Shown here piece after piece: positions 53,230-64,000 of a stretch of 64,000 bases of DNA (its first letter is position 1; every line of letters starts with the position of its first letter). The stretch comes from Octopus sinensis (lineage: Eukaryota), in the NCBI RefSeq assembly GCF_006345805.1, contig NC_043006.1, positions 103,106,001 through 103,170,000 on the forward strand, read 5' to 3'. The notes under the pieces were generated by a model that saw only the letters and a list, made by a program, of their open reading frames with translations, did not search any database and had not been told where the DNA came from. Position numbers and translations under genes: made by a program.

Positions 53230-54870
53230 ATTTTACTGTCTTAGCACAGTTTCTAACGCTGCAAATATACTGCAGTGTCAGCTGTTCACTACCAATAAAG
53301 TAAGGTAACACCCCTTATTTTTCGAGAGGTTTCAGGCAAGTGTTTTCTGCTAGTGCTCCTCCCTTATTGCAGTCCCTATTTGTTCCATGTACTTCCCAAG
53401 ATTTTTACTCACTGTTCCAAGGGCTCCGACAATCTTTGGTACTGCTACCACGTTTTTCAGTGACTACAGCTGCTTAAACTCCTAAGCTAACCATTTCATA
53501 TCTATCGACTTTTCTTTCTTCCTTATCGCATACCTTGTTGTCAGCTGGGCAAGCTATATCTATGATCTAACATCGTTTACTTTCTTTCTCAGTTACCACT
53601 GTATCTCGTTTCCTATTCTCTATCCAATGGTCGCACTGAATCATAAAATCCCACAGGATCTTGGCATTATCATTTTTGATGATGTCTTCGGGTTTATGTT
53701 CATACCACATCTTTGCTCTGTCAAGTCCATACTTGTTGCAAAGTGTCTCATGAACAATTCTTGCTATGTTGTCATAACGTCTCTTATATTCTTTCTGGGC
53801 TAGTAGCGTACATTGACTGGTAATATGCCATACGGTTTCAGCATTTAGTCATCCATAGCCATCTTTTTTCTCTCTGTGATTTATCTTCAACATCCATATA
53901 AAATTGTTCATGCATTCTTGCCTTTACCCACCTCTTTTCAGTTTCATTGATACGCAAGTGCTTGTACAGTACTTTATCATTGCAATCTTCCATCTTACAG
54001 AAGCCTGACCTTCTTACTTCCAATAATAGCCGTTCTGTGGCATTTTTACATACAAAGCTATGTTGTTTTCTTCTGTTGTAATGCTGTGTTCGCATCCAAT
54101 TAGTCCTCTTCCCCTGTTTTTCTTGGTACATAGAGTCTGTCTGTGTCAATGTTTGGATGGAGAATCCCATATCTAGTTAGCAATTTCCTTGTCTTTCTGT
54201 CTAAGTTGTTTATTTCGTCTACTGTTCATGCGATTACACCTGCTCCATATCTAAGGAGTGAAACCACCCAGGTGTTGATAACGTCAATCTTATTCCGTCC
54301 GTTTAATTTCGACTTAAGCATCAGTCTCAGTCTTCGCAAGTACTCCACCTCAAATTTTTCTGTCATTTCTTTCACCATCAATTGATATCAATCAATTGAC
54401 ATCAATTTAAACCAGTGGTCTAGCATATTCAAAGAAAATCCAAAAATTTAAAAATAATTTTAATAATTTCATTATTTCCAATATCCCCAAGTATTTATAG
54501 CCGATCTCTTCTATCTGCTTCATAACCTCCCCCGACGGTATCGATAGCCCGTCCATACGTTTGATTTTGCCTCTCTTCAAGACTAACACACCACACTTTC
54601 TCAGTCCAAACTCCATTCTGATATCAGCACTGAAAGTATACACCGTATCAATGAGGGAACTGACTTGGACTTCATCTTTACCATAAAGGTTGAGGTCATC
54701 CATGAATAACAAATGGTTGAGATTTTGTTGGTGGCTTTTAAATAATCACACAGCCTTTCCTTTCCTCAGTATCAGTGTTAGTGGTATCAACCACAGTACA
54801 AAGATCAGTGGGGACAGACAGTTCCCTGGAAGATGCCACTCCTGATTTCTATCGTACCTAAACAGTGCCT
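53230..54870 (-). pseudogene. Degenerate Dong/R4-type LINE, RT C-terminal half plus RLE
   Basis: SGIFQGNCLSPLIFV..NHLLFMDDLNLYGK..GLRKC..YKYLGILE ... VAVPKIVGALGTVSKNL. Confidence 0.8.
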
Positions 54871-55712
54871 GCTATTGCATCATCATCATCATCATCATCA
54901 TTATGACTGTGAGCTGACAGAATCGTTGGCGGCATTTCATCCATCATTATATTCTGAGTTCAAATTCTGCCGAGGTCGACTTTGCTTTTGGTCCTTTTGG
55001 GGCTGATAAAATAAGTACCAGTTGAACACTGGGGTGGATGTATTTGATTTTTGCCCTCCCCAAAATCGCTGGCTTTGTGCCTAAATGTGAAACCGTTGTT
55101 ATTATTATCTTATAAGAATTCTGATTGTCATTCCATTACTTAGCTTGTCGGTAACGCTTTCTCGTGATTAGATAAAAAGAAGGAAAACGAAAAGAGGAAA
55201 ATAGAAAAAAGGAGAGAGAAGCATCCATGTAATGAGGCAGAGGGGGGATGTAATTGGAACGCTTTCACGTGATTAATTGAAGGGAAACACAAGAGGAATA
55301 GAAAGGGGGAGAGGAAAAGAAGATAATGCGAAGAGTGAGACAGAAAGAGGGAGAGGAAAAAGACGGAGAGAGAAAAAGAGGGAGTGAGAAGCGTCCATGA
55401 CTTGAGGTAGGGGAAACAGTTTTTATAATGTTCTAAAAAATGTTCAGTTGAAGGTAGGGATAATATAGAGAGGGAGAGTTTAAAATATAATTTTAGCAGA
55501 GGGGTGATGTTCTAATAGTAATGTTAAAGAAAGGCAGAGAGAGGAGAAAGAGAGGCAATGAGAAAGAGAGAGAGGGGAGAGGGATGATGATGGTGGCGGT
55601 GGTGATGGTGGTGATGGTAGTGGTGATGGAGGTTTTGGAGGTGGCGGTGGCAGTGGCAGTTGGATAGAGAAAGGTGTATTTAATTTTATATTATTGTTTT
55701 ATATTATTATTA

Positions 55713-56266
55713 TTGAGTGAGAGAGCTGTGCATGCCATCAAAGTGACACTGGAGTAAAATATACGAAGCCCAATATACCCATCATGACCACCCGTCTGAT
55801 AAAGGTACGCTTGGCATATGCATCAAAACCATATGTGCGTGACATGGTGATCTCATATCAAGATTAACAGCGCATGACCTTGCAGGTGGGGCCCAGTTAG
55901 AATTTACTTCTGGTCGAGTAGCCCATCCCGCTCAAAAGGTCCCTTAATAAAGATTGTTTAAGGATGTTGAATGAAACACCCATGTTTCCAAAGGTGAATT
56001 ATTCAAACCCCAAAGAACCCCTCTCAACACATGGCTATGATGCTCCCCCACTACATCTGCTCGTGATCAGAGATGCACATATCGTCAGCCACTAAGGGAC
56101 ATGCTCAACTGGTTATGGTCAAACAACTGACAAGCAAATCTGTGGTATTGAACAGAATATTTGCTGTAGCCCATCTTTTATACCAAGACAAAACAATGTA
56201 CATGATAACACTTCCAATCAGTTAAGATCAGAAGTCACAAGAACCACTGCCTGGTACAGCATCATG
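55713..56266. repeat. Unclassified interspersed-repeat-like block embedded between (ATT)n arrays
   Basis: Complex, more GC-rich sequence bounded by ATT runs on both sides; no ORF or tRNA head recognised. Confidence 0.4.
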
Positions 56267-56267
56267 G

Positions 56268-56268
56268 A

Positions 56269-56300
<32 letters not shown>

Positions 56301-56302
56301 TA

Positions 56303-56352
<50 letters not shown>

Positions 56353-56356
56353 TTTA

Positions 56357-56401
<45 letters not shown>

Positions 56402-56415
56402 TATTATTATTATTA

Positions 56416-56498
<83 letters not shown>

Positions 56499-56502
56499 TT
56501 TA

Positions 56503-56589
<87 letters not shown>

Positions 56590-56632
56590 TATTATTATTA
56601 TTATTGTTATTATTATTATTATTATTATTCAT
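56268..56632. repeat. Long (ATT)n microsatellite with periodic TTT interruptions
   Basis: Direct inspection. Confidence 0.95.
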
Positions 56633-57165
56633 TAGGTTAACTTTCCTCCGGCTTTAGATTCTGATGTCATATTCCACTGGGGTAAACTTTGCCTTTCATT
56701 CTATCACGGATCGATAAGATAAGTACAAATTATGTAGTGGAGTGGGTGTAATCGATTAGCCATCTCCTCTCAATATTTCAGGCCTTGTGCCAAGAGTTGA
56801 AAGAATGGCTTACTTATGACTTTGACGCGTTATGTGTTCTTCACGTCAGCGCGCATGCGCTACTTCTGGTGTCCCAGTTTGCGAATGTCAATTAGAAATT
56901 ATTGTTTTTAAATTATTACATTATCACTAATGATCAGTTCTGGGAATATTTAGTCGTTTCCATTGGTAGAGTTTGAAAAGAAATTCCTGTTACTGAGTGT
57001 CTGCTAAATTGTAAGATAAAACACTTTGCATGTATTTGTATGTGTATGTGTGTGCTTGTGTATGTATAGTTACATATATACATATATTTATATAGGTATA
57101 TATATGTTTGCATGCATGTATGTATGTATATGTGAGTGTGTGTGTATGTATACTACATACATACA

Positions 57166-57206
<41 letters not shown>

Positions 57207-57345
57207 GTTGGCATGTGTGTGTGTTTGTGTATGTGTGTGTGTGTGCGTATCCTGTGTATGATATTGAGGTGCCAGTTCAGGAGTTCCGGAGTTGTGGGGA
57301 GACTGGCGTTACACTTAATTACCGTAACTCGCAGTTCCATTTTGC

Positions 57346-57590
57346 GGAGGCGCTTGGCTTAGTGGTTATAGACGCGTGGCTTAGTCATGAGTGTATGATT
57401 GTAGTTTCGATTCCTGGGCCGGGTGATGCGTTGTGTTCTTGCGCAAAACACTTCATTCCACATTGCTCCAGTTCACTCAGCTGGAAAAATGAGTAATCCT
57501 GCGACGGATGGGCGTCTCGTCCAGGTGTAGAAAGTATACGCCATGGAAAGCGGGAAACCGGCCCTTATGAGTCGGCATGACTCAAGAACG
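57346..57590 (+). mobile_element. tRNA-derived SINE with V-domain-like segment
   Basis: ggaggcgcttggcttagtggtta..gtttcgattcctgg..cctgcgacggatgggcgtctcgtccagg. Confidence 0.7.
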
Positions 57591-58486
57591 GCGTTCCCTC
57601 TGTGGGTTAAATAGATTTACCAAAGGTAGAGAAGTTTCTCGTTATTTTTTAACAAATCCGCAGCGTTGGCAGCTCCTCTCCATAAAATTTGCAGTCAAAA
57701 TAGTAGCAGACATTACAATGTTTGTAACTGGAATCCACAATGACGACCGACTGAGTGATACGTTTTGCCTTTTATAATGTCCAACGACTGTGGATTCGTT
57801 GCTTTTCTCGACCATTTTCTACCTATGGACGTCTTTGGTTCCTATTTTATGAAGATGTACCCTCATAGGTTATCGATGTTTTAAAAAATCACATATTTTT
57901 ATAACTAAATATAAGGAACTATTTAAAAAATATTAAAATATTTTGTGCTTTGTAAAAGTATATACAATCTATTGCAGATAAATTTTAGCAAGAAAATCTT
58001 ATAAATACCTCCACGGGCCATATGGATCCCGGTCGAGAGCCACTGTGTTAAAGTCATATCCGCGTATCTTGAGGTTTGAAAGTGAATCAGAACAATTCAG
58101 CTGACAAATAAGGCAATCATCACACACTTACAAGCACATACACATGCACACACACACATACACATACATACACACACAAACACATTTATCGTTCATATAT
58201 TCTACTCATGCCTTGTTACATACGCGATGCTCTGTATTTCGTTATATTACAATAACTTTTTCAAACGTTGTCCCATGACAGTAACGACATTGACACACGT
58301 AAGAATAGGCTCAGTTATACATCCAAAGATAGTAGAAAACATCAATGCATAGCTCACACGTACCCATACATATCAATGAATCATGTGACTGATGATGTCA
58401 TAGACCAAAGCCGTCTCAAGAGCATGAAAAGCCCCGGGCCACCCGAGGCGCTGGATCCTCTTGTATTCATTCATTGATTTTGTTTA

Positions 58487-58700
58487 TTACTCTTTTACTT
58501 GTTTCAGTCATTTGACTGTGGCCATGCTGGAGCACTGTCTTTAGTCGAGCAAATCGACACCCAGGACTTGTTCTTTGTAAGCCTAGTGCTTCTTCTATCG
58601 GCCTCTTTTGCCGAACCGCTAGGTCACAGTGACGTAAACGCACCAGCATCGGTTGTCAAGCGATGTTGGGGGACAAATACAGACACACAAACATATAGAC

Positions 58701-58733
<33 letters not shown>

Positions 58734-58905
58734 ATACATATACACAACGAGCTTCTTTCAGTTTTCATCTACCAAATCCACTCACAAGGCTTTGGACGGC
58801 CCGAGGCTATAGTAGAACACACTTGCCCAAGGTGAGACGCAGTGAATCTGAACCCGGAACTATGTGGTTGGTAAGCAAGCTACTTACCACACAGCCACTC
58901 CTGCG
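58487..58905 (-). mobile_element. SINE family B
   Basis: Reverse complement of the 48088 copy. Confidence 0.85.
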
Positions 58906-58940
58906 CCTCAGCATATCACAGTATACCTAAACCAGAAAAA

Positions 58941-59352
58941 GGCGGCGAGCTGGCAGAAACGTTAGCACGCTGGGCGAAATGCTTTGCGGTATTTCGTCTG
59001 CTGTTACGTTCTGAGTTCAAATTCCGCCGAGGTCGACTTTGCCTTTCATCCTTTCGGGGTCGATTAAATAAGTACCAGTTATGCACTGGTGTCGATGTAA
59101 TCGACTTAATCCGTTTGTCTGTCCTTGTTTGTCCTGTCCGTGTTTAGCCTTTTGTGGGTAGTAAAGAAATAGGTATTTCGTCTGTCGCTACGTTCTGAGT
59201 TCAAATTCCGCCAAGGTCGACTTTGTCTTTCATCCTTTCGGGGTCGATAAATAAAGTACCAGTTTTGCACTGGGGTCGATGTAATCGACTTAATCCGTTT
59301 GTCTGTCCTTGCTTGTCCCCTCTAGGTTTAGCCCCTTGTGGGCAGTAAAGGA
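58941..59352 (+). mobile_element. SINE family A dimer (full plus headless unit, 184-bp period)
   Basis: gtatttcgtctg at 58989 and 59173. Confidence 0.85.
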
Positions 59353-59877
59353 ATATATACATTGACCAGAATTTGGCCTCAAGATCCATGAAGCTTCTGG
59401 GCCACTGCCTAATGTGTCATTGCTTTAAGTCGGCTCTGCCTTAGACAATCGCGGTAAGCTTTAATAATCTTCTAAAGAGTTATCAGTAGAGTCGAGCAAA
59501 CTCTAAGTTCGTCTCCATCATTTACATTAACTTGTGTTATTTTAAATTTCGTGGAAATGAAACCAGGTGACGTTTTTCAATAAACGGATTAAACGCACTT
59601 ACGAAAACTAAATAAACAAGTGGAAAGAGTATTTACAAATTAATCTCGTAGTAATAACTGTTAATGACTAACATTTTGATACGCTCAACTTCTTCATAGA
59701 AGCGCAGCCTCGTATTGTATTTTATTTTGTAATACGTAAGACAGTGTATCTTTCTGATGTACAACAGTGACTTGGTTACAACATACTCGATGTTGCACAG
59801 TTTATGTCACAATAATGCTATGCAAATTTGTGTAGTTTTATAATGCTGTATCGTGGAGCATATTCATACTATTTTAA

Positions 59878-60140
<263 letters not shown>

Positions 60141-60198
60141 TTAATATTTAGTAGCAGCAACAGAGTGACTCAAGGGCCGGGAGTTTAGTGCGTTATCA

Positions 60199-60241
<43 letters not shown>

Positions 60242-60719
60242 ACACACATACATACGTACACACATAGTCACACAATGAAACATATATTAATGCATACACG
60301 TATTTCTGCGTGGTTCATGTAAACTGTATGCGCGCGGCGTGCGTGTGTTCGCCCGCATATGTGTGTCCTCGCTCGCTTGGGCTTGTATGATTGCCTGTGC
60401 TTGTATCTGCATTTAATTCTGCGTGCATGTGTGTGTAAAGCGCGTCTAAAAACCCAAATACACATCTACTAGGCCGTTTAAAAGAACGAGATTGTTATAT
60501 GACACCGGTTTGCGAAGATCAAACTAAGATTCCAACAGCTCAAATGCAGTTGCTCGAATGTCAATAACAGATTCTAAGAAAGAAAGAAAGAAAGAAAGAG
60601 GGAAAGAGAGGAAGTCTTTGTTTGGGAGAGGGAGAATAAGAGAAAAGGAGTAGCGATGGAATAAAAGAATAAGAATGAGCGTGGGGTGGGGTGACACGGT
60701 GTCAGATTTCAAAGCAGGC

Positions 60720-61010
60720 GGTGAAAATTGTTTGATGATATGTGGGTTAGGCTCAGTCTTGTTGACGACATAGGTGCACCAACTCGTTTGAAAGTGCCAT
60801 TTGATAATGTAAGACGATTGCCGTTTCATTTGTATACTGACTGATACTGTCGTTCTTTTTTTGGCTTCATTTTAACAACCCACGGCCAATACTGATCGAG
60901 TATCATTATAAGGTAACACATTTCATCTCTGACGATCATGTGGCTAATTTTTATTTCCCAGATATGTGCGATTACCTTATCTAATGTGTCTCACGTCCAG
61001 GCATTTCTAC
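60720..61010 (-). pseudogene. Possible very degenerate mariner transposase remnant
   Basis: Minus strand HMIVRDEMC.YND resembles RIVTGDEKW.YDN, with a later QQD-like segment; several stops and frameshifts. Confidence 0.3.
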
Positions 61011-61637
61011 GGAGAGTGTAAGTCGACTACAATGACCTCAGTACTCAAATGGTACTTAATTTATTGACACCGAAATGATGAAAAGCAAAGTTGACCTCAG
61101 CAGAATTTGATCTCAGAACGTAAAGGCAGACAAAATGTTGCTAATTATTTCGCCCCGCGTGCTGACCTTTCTACTAGCTCACCGCGTTAACGCAGCTATA
61201 TATGTTGGATTCAGATATTGGCTCACGACCATCAATTTCAGGGGAGATGATAAGTCGATTACATCGACCACAGTACTCAACCGGTACTTATTTTATCGAC
61301 CCAGAAAGAATGAAACGCAAAGTCGATCTCGGCGGAATTTGAACTCAGAACGTAAAGACCAACGAAATGCCGCTGAGGATTTTGCCTGGCGTGCAAATGA
61401 TTCTGCAAGCTTGCCGTTCTGAACAGACCTAATATCGAAATGATGTCCGCGTGACGCCCTGGTCATTTGGTTTTTAAGAATATAACACTTAGGAGATGAG
61501 TGCCCAATGTTTCCTTAGCTTAACAGACTATCACACGGACATTGAAACAAACGGAATAATATTATGGATATCAAACAAACGACATCTATGGCTGGAAAGA
61601 TAAAGGAGCATGTACGGCTTTGGTTTTTTTTAATATA

Positions 61638-61717
<80 letters not shown>

Positions 61718-61742
61718 TATATATATGTGTCAAAGAGAATGT

Positions 61743-61784
61743 GACATTTATGAACGCAGAAAACGCGAAATACCGCTATCTGTC
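61743..61784 (+). ncRNA. Decayed hammerhead-like motif beside (TA)n
   Basis: GACA-TTTATGA-ACGC-agaaa-ACGC-GAAA-TACCGCTA-TC-TGTC; helix I perfect, two core changes. Confidence 0.45.
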
Positions 61785-62433
61785 TTACTCGTTCACTTCC
61801 GGGACGATTTCCCTACGGGTAGCTTTGATATATGATGTGTCTTTTTAAACACTAAATGTCTTTAAAGTAATTTCCTTTGGACGAAATATTGCAACCTTGT
61901 ACAGGTTAACAACATGCGTACGTTAAGTATGTGATATTGATAATATATATTTGTGCTTTTGTTCAAACTCCATCATAAAACATTTGGCATTTATCGCCTT
62001 GAGTTCGATGTAATAAACATGGAATGAAATATACAAAATATGGCAAACTCCGTCATAACCTCCCCGAGAGTCAAAAAGAAAAGTAAAAAAACAAGGCAAA
62101 TTCAAGACCAACACTTTAAAGGAACGTAACTATGTAACGAAGTCAGACATAAACCGAAAGAGAAATTAGACAAGTTATATTGTGGCACGCCGGACAAAGC
62201 GCTTAGGGAGATATCGTCCGTCTTTACGGTGTGAATACAAATTCCAACGAGGTTCACTCTGCCTTTCATCTGTTCAGTTCGATAAATGAAGTACCAATTG
62301 AGCACTGGTGTCAATGAGACAGAAATACATTCTCCCCGAAAATACTAGCTTTGCACCAAGATTTCGAAACCAATATTAATGTAAATACATTTTTTTATAT
62401 GTGAATATATTGTTTTTAATATAAAAAGTAATC

Positions 62434-62481
<48 letters not shown>

Positions 62482-62482
<1 letters not shown>

Positions 62483-62929
62483 TGCCGATACACACAGATA
62501 GAGAAATTAAGGCCAACAGACGAGATATAGTTGTCAGAGATCATGAAGAAAAAAAATGCTTTGTAATTGATGTATCAATACCGGCAGATGACAACGTGTC
62601 TCTAAAAGAAATGGAGAAACTCTCAAAATACAAAGACCTGGAAATAGAGGTAACCAGAATGTGGAATCTGAAAACAGAAACAATTCCTATCATAGTAGGT
62701 GCATTAGGCATGATAAAAAAATATTCAGACAAATACATAACAAAAACACCAGGACTTACAAACACATATAACATACAGAAAATTGCACTACTAGGCACTG
62801 CACACATCCTACGCAGAACACTTTCCATACAATAACCATCAGACCATCACAACAAATCACAGCGCATACCCAAGGCACACAGAGCTGCGCTCGGTAGTGA
62901 AGTGAAAGCACGCTATAAAAATAAAACTA

Positions 62930-62931
<2 letters not shown>
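62482..62931 (+). mobile_element. 5'-truncated Dong-type LINE (RLE C-terminus plus 3' UTR) inserted in (TAA)n
   Basis: MPIHTDREIKANRRDIVV..VIDVSIP..EKLSKYKDL..IPIIVGALG..QKIALLGTAHILRRTL; TAA arrays at ~62428-62481 and 62932-63003. Confidence 0.9.
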
Positions 62932-62966
<35 letters not shown>

Positions 62967-63044
62967 TAATAATAATAATAATAATAATAAATAATAATAA
63001 TAACACCTTATTATATGCAGTTAAGATGTTATTATTATAATAAT

Positions 63045-64000
63045 GCATATAATAAGGTGTTAGTCATAAATTCCTTAGCAGTCCCAGTTGTTCTTTATAG
63101 CTTCAATGTGCTTAACTGGAACACCAGTGAAATAATGAAAATTGACAGAAAAATCCGCAAGCTACTGACTTGTAAGAAGATGCACCATCCAAAGGCAAAC
63201 ATGGATCGCCTTTACCTTCCCAGAGCTCAGGTAGGTCGAGGTTTGATCCAGCTTGAACTTACATACAAAACCACCACGATCGGACTGGCCAAATACAAAA
63301 GCACATGAAAAATTAGCTAGCAGATGGGAACAGAAACCTCTCCATGGCAAGTATGTGGCCCGTAGCAAACAAGCTGATGTCGACCAGAAGCACACACACC
63401 AACGGTTACGAAGCTCAGGGCTAAAAGCAGAGAGTGAAGGTTTCATATTAGCTGCTCAAGACCAAAGTTTATTAACCCGGAACTACCAAGCCAATGTGAT
63501 AAAAAATGGAGCTGACCCAAAATGCCGATTCTCTTACAATGAGATTGAAACAATAGACCACCTAATCTCAGAGTGTAGAGTCTTAGCACCTGCAGAATAT
63601 AAAGCAAGACATGACAGAGTCGGCCAGTATTTACATTGGACAATACGTCAGCATTATAAAATCAAAACTGCTGACAAATGGTATAAACACCATCCTGAAG
63701 CTGTGACTGAGGGAGAAAATGTGTCGATTCGATGGGACTTCCCCGTACAGACTGACAAGACTATAAAAGCTAATAAACCGGATATTATTATAGAAGATCA
63801 CACAAAAAAGATGTGTTTACTAATTGACATGAGTATCCCTTGCGATCATAATATAGCGGCGAAAGAATTTGACAAGATTAAAATATTTGCTAATAGAAAT
63901 TGAAAAAATGTGGCATCTCAAGGCGACTACAGTACCAGTGATTGTAGGATCTCTAGGAAGGATAAAAAAAGGTACTGAAACCTATTTGAAAATGATTCCA
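63045..64000 (+). mobile_element. 5'-truncated Dong copy related to the 16-20 kb element, with internal deletion; runs off the window
   Basis: NKVLVINSLAVPV..MHHPKA..RLYLPRAQ; jumps near 63290 (equivalent to ~18880 to ~19070); CRF..ETIDHLISEC, RHD, KPDII. Confidence 0.9.

Noticed and set aside
58389-58435. CTGATGA followed by a downstream GAAA
   Set aside because: No helix II closure and no helix I/III pairing found.

Overview
AT-rich, non-coding eukaryotic DNA. The SINE families and microsatellite load point to an octopus/cephalopod genome (my recognition, not a database result). I can support no host-gene exon, rRNA, functional tRNA or CRISPR array, and most ORF-track entries are translations of microsatellites. 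The window is a dense transposon landscape: a near-full-length but disrupted R4/Dong-type RLE LINE (~16.1-20.0 kb) plus six further Dong-type fragments, nearly all bordered by (TAA)n; a second RLE-LINE family tied to (CATA)n; two Penelope-like GIY-YIG fragments; CR1 and L1/Tx1 fragments; a DD37D (maT) and a mariner relic; non-autonomous Helitrons; a MITE; and many tRNA-derived SINEs. The most striking signal is a set of short elements sitting against (TA)n arrays. They carry minimal type-I hammerhead-ribozyme-like motifs (six loci, seven motifs, two with an intact catalytic core) and/or long fold-back inverted duplications (87, 123 and ~296 bp arms). I infer non-autonomous Penelope/retrozyme-like elements that target TA microsatellites. 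Boundaries of degenerate elements are approximate and all folds were done by eye.
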